IMG/VR virus record: IMGVR_UViG_3300025314_001151 | Source: an uncultured virus (IMG/VR IMGVR_UViG_3300025314_001151) | Lineage: Duplodnaviria; Heunggongvirae; Uroviricota; Caudoviricetes | Reading direction: 5' to 3' (one strand) | Length of the DNA: 64,000 nucleotides | Part shown: positions 1 through 9,788 of the stretch, piece by piece | Layout of the letters: each line of letters starts with the position of its first letter | Numbering within the stretch: the first letter of the stretch is position 1 | The notes under the pieces: generated by a model | The model's database searches: none | Told to the model about the DNA's origin: nothing | What the model saw: only the letters and a program-made list of their open reading frames with translations | Made by a program: the position numbers and the translations under genes

Positions 1-104
1 TTTATAGGCTAGTTAACTCTTACGTCACATTCTGAGATGCAAGCCGCCCACCTGCGATCAGCGTTAGCTGAGAGCTGGTCTTACTTCAGGGGGCGGTAGT
101 TGAC
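1..104 (-). mobile_element. Left end / 5' part of omegaRNA (HEARO-like) scaffold of an IS200/IS605-superfamily IscB-type element; continues beyond the window start
   Basis: Minus strand from 104 reads GTCAACTACCGCCCCCTGAAG...CAGGTGGGCGGCTTG...GAGTTAACTAGCCT. This follows the typical GTCAACTACCCC-hairpin-GGGGCTTG...GTTGACTAGCCT start of IscB elements and is a GC-rich island in AT-rich DNA. Confidence 0.75.
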
Positions 105-659
105 TATTCCATCTGTTAGATAATCAGATATTCTTAGTATATGGTTAAGTCCCATGTCAAAATATAAAATATCAGCACTATAGTCTCCATCCATCCTAGC
201 TATGAATTGATATTTTGTTAGTATTAATTGTGTCTTGAATACATCACTCAGTTCATCAATACAATAATATTTGTTGATAGTACCTAGAAATGTAGATATA
301 TTTTCTACATTTAATGTCCATTGATCTTCGAAATTAGATGCTTCTGATACATTTCCAGATTTGATAGCCTTCAATAGATCTGTAGCTATGTTGATATGTT
401 CTTTCAGCAAAGAAACTATGTTATCTGCCGCAACATCTCCAAAGAAACTCCTGAAACAATTTCCAGTTTGTTCTTGATTTTTAATAAGACGATCTGTCGT
501 ATAATCAATACTAGGAATATCGTCTATCAGATCTACTATAAATTGTCTGGTAAATATAATATGATCAGTCCATAATTTTCTCATTTGTAATTTTAATTTC
601 ATCGATTCATGAATATACTGTGTATCTAAATGCTGTACAATTTCAATTTCTGAATCCAT
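81..659 (-). CDS. All-helical conserved protein (LWxDHxxxTR...RLxxNQ family, often loosely annotated as acetylglutamate kinase); last 7 residues come from the inserted element
   Basis: MRKLWTDHIIFTRQFIV, RLIKNQ and LLKEHINIA motifs; the C-terminal VNYRPLK is encoded by the element end GTCAACTAC... Confidence 0.6.
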   Translation of the reverse strand: MDSEIEIVQHLDTQYIHESMKLKLQMRKLWTDHIIFTRQFIVDLIDDIPSIDYTTDRLIKNQEQTGNCFRSFFGDVAADNIVSLLKEHINIATDLLKAIKSGNVSEASNFEDQWTLNVENISTFLGTINKYYCIDELSDVFKTQLILTKYQFIARMDGDYSADILYFDMGLNHILRISDYLTDGIVNYRPLK

Positions 660-726
660 ATTTTCTCCTGATGTAATTTATATCTAATTTGATATTTTCT
701 CATGATCTAATTTATATATAATTTGA
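660..726. repeat. Degenerate direct duplication, period 34 nt, intergenic
   Basis: ATTTTCTCCTGATGTAATTTATATCTAATTTGA versus ATTTTCTCATGATCTAATTTATATATAATTTGA. Confidence 0.7.
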
Positions 727-729
727 ACG

Positions 730-1560
730 TTAGCCAAATCTTTCGATATTGATCCCATATTCTTTACAAATATTTTTGTTTACTGTACCAAGACGACAGC
801 CAATTCTCTCAGAACCCAGATGTATACAATTGGCATTCAGTCTAAAAATTACTTTGCCCAATTGTAGAAGTCTATTTCCGAATCCCTTTTCTTCTTCTTG
901 AATCATTGAACTTGCATCTAATTGATTTATAGATTCATCAAATCTTCCAGATTGATAGAAACTATGTTTCCAAAATGCACTGTTTCTACCCACCATTTGA
1001 TTGGGACATAATATTGTTCTATCTACTATCTCAGCTATATTTCTTATGGGAGTTGGTATACCAGGGATATATGGATCATATGTTGAGCCCACGACACCTA
1101 CTATGCTAGAATCATAATTTGGATTATATATATCATTGAAAGGCCTGAGAAGTGTATTGAGACAAAAACAGGGATATATAGTATCTGAATCAACTGATAC
1201 TATGATATTTCCTTTAGATTGATTGATAGCAATATTTCTAGCTGTCAATTTACCACGAATTGGAACATTTATTATCTTATCAACATAAGGTTCTGCTAAT
1301 ATTACAGTATTATCTGTTGAACAACTGTCACATAAAATCAACTCAAAATATTGTGGATACTCTTGAATGATCGATTGTCCTTTAATGGATGATAGACATT
1401 TCTTTATAAATTTTTCTTCATTGAAAGAAGGAACAATAATTGATACTGTGTCAATAGGTTCGATAGTATCAATATCTGGACTGTTCATTTCTTTTTCAAT
1501 AAAACCTGAAACAGTTAGTGTTCCCAATACACCTGATGTAACTAATTTTAATAATGTCAT
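730..1560 (-). CDS. Family 2 glycosyltransferase with hydrophobic N-terminus
   Basis: VSIIVPSFNEE, DSCSTDNT, ARN and VSVDSD (DxD) motifs. Confidence 0.85.
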   Translation of the reverse strand: MTLLKLVTSGVLGTLTVSGFIEKEMNSPDIDTIEPIDTVSIIVPSFNEEKFIKKCLSSIKGQSIIQEYPQYFELILCDSCSTDNTVILAEPYVDKIINVPIRGKLTARNIAINQSKGNIIVSVDSDTIYPCFCLNTLLRPFNDIYNPNYDSSIVGVVGSTYDPYIPGIPTPIRNIAEIVDRTILCPNQMVGRNSAFWKHSFYQSGRFDESINQLDASSMIQEEEKGFGNRLLQLGKVIFRLNANCIHLGSERIGCRLGTVNKNICKEYGINIERFG

Positions 1561-1784
1561 AATATCATCTCTTTATGTCGATGTAAGTATATATTTTTAA
1601 TCAATTTTATCAATTCTATATGAAATCAGGGATGTTTTCAATTAATTGTATCAATTTTTTATTGCAATCTATATGTGCATTCTTGATTGGAATCATTCCT
1701 CTAAATTCTTTGGATGTTCTCTCTTTATCTATAATAATTGGAAGAATTTTCTCTATTTGTAATATGCCCTATATTAATGAATTA

Positions 1785-2231
1785 TTATTCGCCGTACTTC
1801 TCTAATATATCTCTTTCTTGATTATATAATTCATACATCTTTTCGAGAGCTATCACTCTTTCTTTATCTGGATATATTGTATCGGATGCTATTATATCAA
1901 GATCATCAATCTTATGTCTAAATTCATATATTTTGATATAATCGCGATATGTTTCTTCATTAGTAAAAATATCCAAGAAATCTTCTGGACCTTGAATGAA
2001 TGGTACATGATGATTTGATAGATAATTTATCAATTTCTGTCTAAAATATTGGTAATCAGTCTGAACAAGTTCAGGAAGTATCTTTACTTCTAGATGATAT
2101 GCATATGGAGATATTAGATCTTTTCCAATGATAAAATAATTTAATAGATCATTACCTCTAAGTGAGACTTTGTGAGATTTTTCAAGACCTTTTAAAATGG
2201 AATCTATTATCTCTTGATCTGTCATTACCAT
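1785..2231 (-). CDS. Hypothetical protein
   Basis: 148-aa ORF on the coding strand with AGGAG upstream. Confidence 0.6.
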   Translation of the reverse strand: MVMTDQEIIDSILKGLEKSHKVSLRGNDLLNYFIIGKDLISPYAYHLEVKILPELVQTDYQYFRQKLINYLSNHHVPFIQGPEDFLDIFTNEETYRDYIKIYEFRHKIDDLDIIASDTIYPDKERVIALEKMYELYNQERDILEKYGE

Positions 2232-2267
2232 ATTGATCTCCTTGTTACAAACTTTTTCGAGTCTTTG

Positions 2268-2528
2268 TTAAAAACTCTCATGCATATGATTCTTAATAGA
2301 ATTCAATACTATTTTTTGCCATCCACCTTCAATAGATTTTTCTTCTACATCTTTAGCCATTTTGCATAAAATCTCTTTTGATTTATCTGGAGTTAAATTG
2401 CATATCTCTCTTACTAGTTTTTTATATTTAACAATTGGCCTGGCAGCTCTAATTTTTGCTTTTAAATCTAATAATTGTTGTGTCGTCAATTTACTAAGAT
2501 CAACTTCTTCTTGCATCATAATGCACAC
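2268..2528 (-). CDS. Small helical hypothetical protein, paralog of 2841..3095
   Basis: Shared PI....LV.EIC.L.PDK.K.ILC.MAK..EEK.I...GW.K..L.SIK pattern. Confidence 0.7.
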   Translation of the reverse strand: MCIMMQEEVDLSKLTTQQLLDLKAKIRAARPIVKYKKLVREICNLTPDKSKEILCKMAKDVEEKSIEGGWQKIVLNSIKNHMHESF

Positions 2529-2782
2529 TCTTTTGATTCCATGTGTACCATTTCAATGCTATCCTTTTCTGGAGAATCAATATTTGTTATAATACTTTTT
2601 TGTTTGAGCAATATATTTCCACATTGGCATCTATAAACTTCTTCAATTTCTGGACCTTGTAAATCTTCATATATATTACTACTTAAAATATCGCACTCGT
2701 TAATATGCTTCATTACATTTTTGAATTCTTGTTGATCTTTTGGAAGAGAAAATTTCTTATTTATATATGACATCTGCATCAC
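2516..2782 (-). CDS. Hypothetical protein with CxC motif
   Basis: 88-aa ORF containing YRCQCG; overlaps the next gene operon-style. Confidence 0.55.
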   Translation of the reverse strand: MMQMSYINKKFSLPKDQQEFKNVMKHINECDILSSNIYEDLQGPEIEEVYRCQCGNILLKQKSIITNIDSPEKDSIEMVHMESKECAL

Positions 2783-2840
2783 CTTTGAAGCATTACCTTT
2801 GAATAATTTATAATCATCATATTTATAACCATAGTGGGTG

Positions 2841-3095
2841 CTACATATTCTTTTTTATAGAGTCTAGTATATATTTTTCCCATCCACTTTTATTTATTGT
2901 TTTTTCTTCAGCTTTTTTTGCCATATTGCAAAGAATATCTTTTGCTTTATCTGGAGGTAGATCACATATTTCATTTACTAGCTCTCTAATCTCAATAATT
3001 GGTTTTATGGTTTTTAATGATGCCTGTAATTCTTTAATATCTTCTGGTGTTAATTCTTCTATTTGGATTGTCATTTTATTACCTTTACATTGCAA
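2841..3095 (-). CDS. Small helical hypothetical protein, paralog of 2268..2528 (start probably MTIQ)
   Basis: Clear similarity to 2268..2528. Confidence 0.7.
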   Translation of the reverse strand: MQCKGNKMTIQIEELTPEDIKELQASLKTIKPIIEIRELVNEICDLPPDKAKDILCNMAKKAEEKTINKSGWEKYILDSIKKNM

Positions 3096-3177
3096 TCATG
3101 TAATAATTTCAGATGTTTTTTAATTGGAATTTATAGATCTGATTAAAATATCAATGTATTATAAAAAAACATTTTTC

Positions 3178-4254
3178 TCAATCATGTTTTTTTATCCATT
3201 TGCAAATTATGTCCCATACATCGATATCTGCTGTATTGGAATATACTAAGTCTGCATGTCCATAATCTGATATTAGACATTTAGTGATATCACTATTGAA
3301 AGCACTAATTCTATCTGGTGTGTAGAATCCAAACGTTCCAAAACCAAATTCTGCTGCTACATGAAGTATAGGTACAGTTATATTTGGAATTGATGGCATA
3401 GGTTCTATGTATTGTTCTCTTAATTCTGTTAATGGTAATATACTCTGGAAACTATTTAATTTTCCTGTTTGTGCAATCATTAGATCATAGTCTGTATATA
3501 TTAGTCCAGCAATTGTTCCCTGATTGAATCTATATCCTGGTACATGGAATCCTGGAAGTTGATAAGTAGCAGTCAATGCAAAAAGAAACGCTTGTTTATT
3601 GGTCAATCCAGGAATTATTGGAGATGATTCATCAGGATTCTGGGCCGCTTGACCAGCAATAAATTTCTCTGTTAGTACATCTTCATAATATACTCCATTG
3701 GCTATTTTTGCCTGTCTTGCTATAACATCTGATCTTGCGTTTGTTATGACATCTGTTAGTGTGGGATCTAAATTATACGCTATATCAACAGGAATAATGC
3801 CTTTAAGATTTTCTTGATTCGATTGAATAGATGCATATCTATATACAAAATATGCTCCCTGGCTAAATCCTAATAGAAATACTTTATCATCTTTAGAAAA
3901 CATTTGAGCTATTTTTACTACTATATCAAGATCTGATACATGTAGATCTGTATCTTGATCTTTGAAGAACGAGCAATCTGTTGCAAGACAATATGGATTT
4001 GAATTAATATCATTTGGGACAAATGAATATCTAAAGTCTATACCCCATACATCAACACCACGATTTACAAAAAATGTCGCCATTTTGAAAAATGATGTAT
4101 TAAAGTCTGAATTGGACCCTGGAATCATTACTATTGTTGTACCACTACATCTATGTTTATTTTTCGTAATTCTATGAATTCCTATTTTATCAAATTGTCC
4201 TCGTCCTACTTGAATCGTTTTAAATGATTCTATTATATTGTTATTGTTTTCCAT
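3178..4254 (-). CDS. Alpha/beta-fold hydrolase
   Basis: GFSQG nucleophile elbow, VWGIDFR and C-terminal YGHAD; start moved to MENN (4254), which has AAGGAA upstream and avoids overlap with the neighbour. Confidence 0.8.
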   Translation of the reverse strand: MENNNNIIESFKTIQVGRGQFDKIGIHRITKNKHRCSGTTIVMIPGSNSDFNTSFFKMATFFVNRGVDVWGIDFRYSFVPNDINSNPYCLATDCSFFKDQDTDLHVSDLDIVVKIAQMFSKDDKVFLLGFSQGAYFVYRYASIQSNQENLKGIIPVDIAYNLDPTLTDVITNARSDVIARQAKIANGVYYEDVLTEKFIAGQAAQNPDESSPIIPGLTNKQAFLFALTATYQLPGFHVPGYRFNQGTIAGLIYTDYDLMIAQTGKLNSFQSILPLTELREQYIEPMPSIPNITVPILHVAAEFGFGTFGFYTPDRISAFNSDITKCLISDYGHADLVYSNTADIDVWDIICKWIKKHD

Positions 4255-4304
4255 AATTAATTCCTTCTTGTTTGATTGTTTGGTTTGATTGTTTGGTCCC
4301 TTAT

Positions 4305-4952
4305 TTAAATGGTTTTTGGAGGCAATTTGGCGATTGTAAGCCAAAAATTCTCAATAGATTGTACTGCGCTAATAAACTGGTTTAATTCAACAGGTTTAAC
4401 TATATAAGCATTTGCATGCAAATTATATGATTTTAATACATCTTCGTCAGATTTTGATACAGTCATTACTATTATAGGTATATGTTTGAAATTTTCATCT
4501 TGTTTAATATTTTCTAGAAATTCAAAACCATTCATCACTGGCATATTCAAATCAAGTAGTATAAGATCTGGAAATTCTGTATATTTATATTGGTTTTCTT
4601 TCTTTAAATAAAAAATCGCTTCTTGACCATTTTCTACAGATTGTAGATTTATATATAATTTTCCCTTTTTAAAAATCTCCTCTATTAAACGTATGTCAGC
4701 ACGGTTATCTTCTACAATTAATACGTTGATAGGTTTTATTGTGACAGAATTTTTGTCAGGTTTGGTATCTGTTACATCCTTTGTATCTGTTATATCTGTA
4801 TCTGTTACATCCTTTGTATCTGTTATATCTGTATCTGTTACATCCTTTGTATCTGTTATATCTGTATCTGTTACATCCTTTGTATCTGTTATATCTGTAT
4901 CTGCTATCATGGTATCTGATATATCAATGGCATCTGTTATATATGTATTCAT
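4305..4952 (-). CDS. Single-domain response regulator (Rcp1-like) with N-terminal Asp/Thr tandem-repeat extension
   Basis: VLIVEDN, PDLILLDLNMP, SYNLHANAYIVKP and FWLTIAKLP motifs. Confidence 0.9.
   Translation of the reverse strand: MNTYITDAIDISDTMIADTDITDTKDVTDTDITDTKDVTDTDITDTKDVTDTDITDTKDVTDTKPDKNSVTIKPINVLIVEDNRADIRLIEEIFKKGKLYINLQSVENGQEAIFYLKKENQYKYTEFPDLILLDLNMPVMNGFEFLENIKQDENFKHIPIIVMTVSKSDEDVLKSYNLHANAYIVKPVELNQFISAVQSIENFWLTIAKLPPKTI
4765..4903. repeat. Perfect 33-nt tandem repeat x4.2, in frame (DTDITDTKDVT)
   Basis: Unit GTATCTGTTACATCCTTTGTATCTGTTATATCT. Confidence 0.95.
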
Positions 4953-4955
4953 AAT

Positions 4956-7900
4956 TCATTCTATAGGAATTGAAAAATAAAATGTACTTCCTTCTCCTAA
5001 TTTAGAGTCCACCCATATTTCACCATTATGTCTCTGTACAATTTTTTTGCACATGGCCAATCCTATACCTGTTCCTGGATATTTTTCTCTAGAATGCAAT
5101 CTTTGAAATATTATGAAAAGTTTAGGAAAATTCTTTGGGTCTATTCCAATGCCATTGTCTTTAATTGAAAATATCCATTTATTTACAACTTTTTTTGATG
5201 ATACATGAATTTTCGCAGGAATATCTTTTTTACGAAATTTAATAGCATTATCTATAAGATTTTGAAATACTCTATTAATTTGGGATTCGTCAACTTTGAT
5301 CATTGGCATTTTGTCTATAGTTACTTCTGCTTTGCTCTCTTCAATAAGATTATACAAATTTTCTAGAACCTTGTTTAGAGTTATATTAAGATCTGTAAGA
5401 ATGAATTCTTTTCCTCTCGTATTTACTCTAGATAATTCTAATAAGTCATTTACCAATTGTTGCATTCTTCTTGTGCCATTTATTATATATCCAATAAACT
5501 CATCTGCTTCAGGACCTAATTTATTCTTATAATTAAGAACCAATAATTCTGTAAAACCTGATATAGAACGAAGAGGTTCTTGTAGATCATGAGAAGCTAC
5601 GTAAGCAAATTGCTCAAGTTCTTGATTTGAACGTGCAAGTTCTTTATTTGTAAGTTCAATTTCTTTTTTTGCAAGTTCGCGTTCTGTTACATCCATTGAT
5701 GTTCCATAAAGTTTGATTGGTATACCTTTGGTATCCAATATCACCTCTCCTCTTCCTTCGAGATAATGAATAGAACCATCTGGATGAAATACTCTACATA
5801 TTATCGTATATGGAGTACCATCTTTGATAGCTTTTTCTATTGCATTAGTAAATACTGGAATGTCGTCAGGATGATACATTTGAAGAAGTTCTTCATAAGA
5901 TGGTTCTACTTTTTTTGGATTTTTTGGATCTATTCCATGGAGACTATATACCTCTTCTGACCATGTAATCTTCTTTGAAATTAAATCATATTCCCAGCTA
6001 CCTATGTGAGCTACTTTTTGAGCCTCTGCAAGCATTGCTTCACTCTTTTTAAGTTTTTCTTCTGCAGCCTTTCTTTCTGTGATATTTCTAAATATGCCCT
6101 GTACCGTTTGTTTTCCGTTTGGTAATGTGATAATATTTGCATTTATTTCTATAGGTATTTTGATTCCGTCAGATGTGAGTATGTTACTATAGATAGGAAT
6201 ATTACCTTTTGTCTCTATATGTTTTTTGACGTTGGTTTTTATTAGTGGAATATCTTCTGTAGGATAAAGTATTGTAAAATGTTGACCTATAATTTCATTT
6301 CTATTTTTCTTCGTTAATTTTTCTGCTTCTAGGTTTGCGTCTAATATAATACCCGTTTTTAAATCTGATATAATTACAGCATCTCTAGCTCCTTCGAATA
6401 ATGATTTATATCTCTCTGTAGTTTCTTGCAATTTATCTTGTGCTATTTTTTGGTCTGTAAGATCGCTTGCTGTACATATTATCTTTTCTAATTTTTTATT
6501 ATTGACAATTGGTATTATCCAACCACTTTGATATAATAATTTTCCAGAATGTGTAATCACGTTTATAGGTGGATAAAATATTGATTTAAATGTCTCTTTT
6601 GCTTCTAAATAATTTTGTTCAAAAAATTTAATATAATATTCTGGAAAATCTTTTAAAATGTTTTTGTTTAATATATCTTTTTCAGATAGCTCCATGATAT
6701 TGGCCATTCCTCTGTTACAATATATTATCATGTCATCTTTGTTCATAACTAAGACGCCATCCATCATACTATCTAATATATTCTCGTAAAAATTTTTGAG
6801 ATTAATAATTTCTTGTTCTATATTTTTTCTTTCTGTGATGTCCTGTGCTATTCCAAATAGTCTTTCAACTTTACCAGACTCGTCGAGAGATATATCTCCA
6901 GGAACTGCATATACTGTATGAATAGACTTGTCTGGCCATACAATTCTATATTCCATTGGAGCACCATATTTTTGTTCTACGATAAACTGGTTAGCCTTTT
7001 TTACAGATTCTATATCTTCTGGGTGAACAGTGTCATTGATAACTTTATCTAAATTTCCTCCAAAACTGTTATATATTTCTTTAGTGATACCAAATATATT
7101 AAACATTTCCTCAGACCATGTAACTATATTCGTTTTAGGATACCATGTCCAATGTCCTATATGTGCTACTTCTTGCGATTTTTTAAGTGCTAGTTCGCTT
7201 TCTTGTAATTCTATTTGGGCCTCTTTATATTTAGTAATATCAGATATTATATGGACTCCACCAATCAAATTATTGTCATCATCGAGAATAGGATCTACTG
7301 ATGATCTGTACCATTTATTTTTTACCTTTGTTGTCAATATTCTTTTTTCAGCGTTTATTGTGGCAAACAATATTGGACATTTATCTTTTCGTTCTGAAGG
7401 ACAATTTAATAATTCCCAACATGTCTTTCCAACAATACTTTCTACTGATAATTTAAAAAGATTTTTTGATGCGCTATTACATCTTGATATTTTACCTTCT
7501 ACATCTACAATGCAGACTACATCTGATATAGCATTAAATGTCGCATACCATTCCTTAGATAATTTTAACTGTTCTTTATATGATTGTTCTAAAGATTTTT
7601 CTATTTCTTTGTGTTTAGATATATCTGTAAATAATCCAAGAGCCCCGCTAAATGTTCCTTCATTGTCAAATATAGGAGAAGCAGAAACGATGACCCATAT
7701 ATTAGAACCATCTTTTCTAGTAAAACAGAAATCGTATCTATCTTTTAGACCTTTCTTCCGTCTTTCAAAAAATTTTTTTGCATCTTCGCGAAATTTTTCA
7801 TGTACAAAATTAAAGAATGGTCTACCTATTATTTCGTCTTGATTGTAGCCCAACATGTCTAATAACTGTTTGTTGGTGTAGATAGTTTTTCCCTCTCGGT

Positions 7901-8372
7901 CTACAATCCAAAGACCTTCAAGTATGGTATCAACAAAATCTTTATATTTTTTCTCACTATTTCTTAGTTCATTGTCAGCTTTTTTAATATCTATTGCATA
8001 CATAATAGATCGCATTAACAATTCGCTATCTATTCTACCTTTGACCAAATAATCTTGAGCACCTTCATGAGTTGATTCTATAGACATATTTTCGTTGTTG
8101 TTTGTTATAATTATTATAGGCAATTCTGGAAATCTTTTTATGATAATTTTCAATGCTGTAGTTGCGTCTGGGATAGTTAAGTCTAAAATTATACAATCAA
8201 ATTTTTCTTTTTCAAGACGCTGTATGGCAGATATGTATGTATATTCAAATATGGTTTTAAATTTGTTAGATTTTTTCAATAGATTTTGTATCAGTTCGAT
8301 ATCTTCATTATTATTATCAATAATAAGAATTTTTAAATCGCGATTGCTTTTGCTATTATATCTTGAAATCAT
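4956..8372 (-). CDS. Hybrid sensor histidine kinase: REC + six PAS/PAC + HisKA + HATPase
   Basis: N-terminal receiver (ILLD-like, GAQDYLVK); repeated D/NITERK PAC ends; H-box LEQFAYVASHDLQEPLR; NLIDNAIKF, DNGIG and GTGIGL boxes. Confidence 0.95.
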   Translation of the reverse strand: MISRYNSKSNRDLKILIIDNNNEDIELIQNLLKKSNKFKTIFEYTYISAIQRLEKEKFDCIILDLTIPDATTALKIIIKRFPELPIIIITNNNENMSIESTHEGAQDYLVKGRIDSELLMRSIMYAIDIKKADNELRNSEKKYKDFVDTILEGLWIVDREGKTIYTNKQLLDMLGYNQDEIIGRPFFNFVHEKFREDAKKFFERRKKGLKDRYDFCFTRKDGSNIWVIVSASPIFDNEGTFSGALGLFTDISKHKEIEKSLEQSYKEQLKLSKEWYATFNAISDVVCIVDVEGKISRCNSASKNLFKLSVESIVGKTCWELLNCPSERKDKCPILFATINAEKRILTTKVKNKWYRSSVDPILDDDNNLIGGVHIISDITKYKEAQIELQESELALKKSQEVAHIGHWTWYPKTNIVTWSEEMFNIFGITKEIYNSFGGNLDKVINDTVHPEDIESVKKANQFIVEQKYGAPMEYRIVWPDKSIHTVYAVPGDISLDESGKVERLFGIAQDITERKNIEQEIINLKNFYENILDSMMDGVLVMNKDDMIIYCNRGMANIMELSEKDILNKNILKDFPEYYIKFFEQNYLEAKETFKSIFYPPINVITHSGKLLYQSGWIIPIVNNKKLEKIICTASDLTDQKIAQDKLQETTERYKSLFEGARDAVIISDLKTGIILDANLEAEKLTKKNRNEIIGQHFTILYPTEDIPLIKTNVKKHIETKGNIPIYSNILTSDGIKIPIEINANIITLPNGKQTVQGIFRNITERKAAEEKLKKSEAMLAEAQKVAHIGSWEYDLISKKITWSEEVYSLHGIDPKNPKKVEPSYEELLQMYHPDDIPVFTNAIEKAIKDGTPYTIICRVFHPDGSIHYLEGRGEVILDTKGIPIKLYGTSMDVTERELAKKEIELTNKELARSNQELEQFAYVASHDLQEPLRSISGFTELLVLNYKNKLGPEADEFIGYIINGTRRMQQLVNDLLELSRVNTRGKEFILTDLNITLNKVLENLYNLIEESKAEVTIDKMPMIKVDESQINRVFQNLIDNAIKFRKKDIPAKIHVSSKKVVNKWIFSIKDNGIGIDPKNFPKLFIIFQRLHSREKYPGTGIGLAMCKKIVQRHNGEIWVDSKLGEGSTFYFSIPIE

Positions 8373-8522
8373 ATTATGTTTTTAAATTCAGTTCGTTTTT
8401 AATTTTTTTATTTCTATTTTTTTACGTTTTTCTATTTTACTGTTTTTTTTATTTTAAAAAAAAACAAAAAATTAAATTTTTGGTTGTGTCAATTTTTGTT
8501 TTTTTAACGTTTTTCTATTTTC

Positions 8523-9296
8523 TTACTGTTTTTTATTTGTTACTGTACTCTTATCGTTATTTGTTACTGTACTCTTATCGTTATTTGTTACTGTACTCTT
8601 ATCGTTATTTGTTACTGTACTCTTATCGTTATTTGTTACTGTACTCTTATCGTCTTCTTTAAATATATACGATATTTTTTTCGCTTCTAATTCTTTATCT
8701 ACAATACTTGTTAGGATCTCTAATGAAGAAACTACATCTTTTATTCCCAATGTTACTATGTCTACTTCATTCACAACTCTATTGACTTCTTTAGTTACTT
8801 TAGTTACCTCTAATTCTACCCCGACCACACCAGTAAAAACTTTGGTAACTTCTGTTTGTACTCCTTTTACACCTTTAGTCACACTAGACACTTCTATCTG
8901 AACTTCTTTCACTCCTTCTGTTACTCTATCAACTGCTTTTGTCACATCATTTACACTCTGAATTACTTTGCTTACTGCTGTTGATACATCGTTTACGCTC
9001 TGAGTCACTTTAGTTACTTCTAATTGTACGTCTTTTACGCTTGAGGTTACGCTTTCTACGCCTACAAAAACTGTTGAAATTGCTGTGGTTAACATTCTAA
9101 CTTCTTCAACTATTTCTTGTTTAAATATATATTGTTGTTTTACCACGTTATCTATCATATTATTTATTAATTTATCATAGCGAGCATCTATCATGGATTG
9201 TCTTCTAGCGTCTCTATGTGTTAGGTATAATATCAAAATAATGACCGTTGATAATGTTATGACATCGTTTATAATTTCTATCGATAAGTCATCCAT
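8523..9296 (-). CDS. Membrane-anchored coiled-coil protein, expanded paralog of the adjacent holin-like protein
   Basis: N-terminal TM, then RYDKL motif, Val-rich heptads, LEAKKISYIFKED shared with 9296..9682, and a tandem-repeat tail. Confidence 0.6.
   Translation of the reverse strand: MDDLSIEIINDVITLSTVIILILYLTHRDARRQSMIDARYDKLINNMIDNVVKQQYIFKQEIVEEVRMLTTAISTVFVGVESVTSSVKDVQLEVTKVTQSVNDVSTAVSKVIQSVNDVTKAVDRVTEGVKEVQIEVSSVTKGVKGVQTEVTKVFTGVVGVELEVTKVTKEVNRVVNEVDIVTLGIKDVVSSLEILTSIVDKELEAKKISYIFKEDDKSTVTNNDKSTVTNNDKSTVTNNDKSTVTNNDKSTVTNKKQ
8533..8653. repeat. Perfect 24-nt tandem repeat x5, in frame (DKSTVTNN), at the gene 3' end
   Basis: Unit TTATTTGTTACTGTACTCTTATCG. Confidence 0.95.
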
Positions 9297-9682
9297 TATT
9301 TTTCTCCTAGTTTCTTTATCGTTTTTTCTTCATTTTCTTCTTTAAATATATATGACACATGTTGTGCTTCCAACTTATCTTCTATTATATTTTTACATGC
9401 ATTTACATTTATACTCACAGTTTTTAATTCTACGGTAATATTTTTTAATTCTGTAGTCACGTCTTTTATTGTTTTTTCTTGCTTGACTGACATTTCTCTC
9501 GCAGTGTCTATAAACTTGTCTACCAACTTTTCATAACGTGATTCTGTTTTTTCTTGTCTTTTCTCATCTTTTTTCATTACATACATTAATATGGATACCA
9601 TTATCACAAACGATGCAATTGGAAATCCTAGCTCTTTTATAATTGTTACGGTGTCTGGTCTTAATACAGTTTCTATTCCCAT
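9296..9682 (-). CDS. BhlA/UviB-like holin-like protein
   Basis: GFPIA followed by one TM, then YVMKKDEKRQ...RYEKL and a coiled coil. Confidence 0.5.
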   Translation of the reverse strand: MGIETVLRPDTVTIIKELGFPIASFVIMVSILMYVMKKDEKRQEKTESRYEKLVDKFIDTAREMSVKQEKTIKDVTTELKNITVELKTVSINVNACKNIIEDKLEAQHVSYIFKEENEEKTIKKLGEK

Positions 9683-9788
9683 TGTTTATCATAATCTAAA
9701 TTTGTAATTGTATTGTGTAATTGTATAAAATGTAAAATATAAGTTGAACAAAATTCATTTTTTATCGTTTTTTATACAATTTTTCTTA

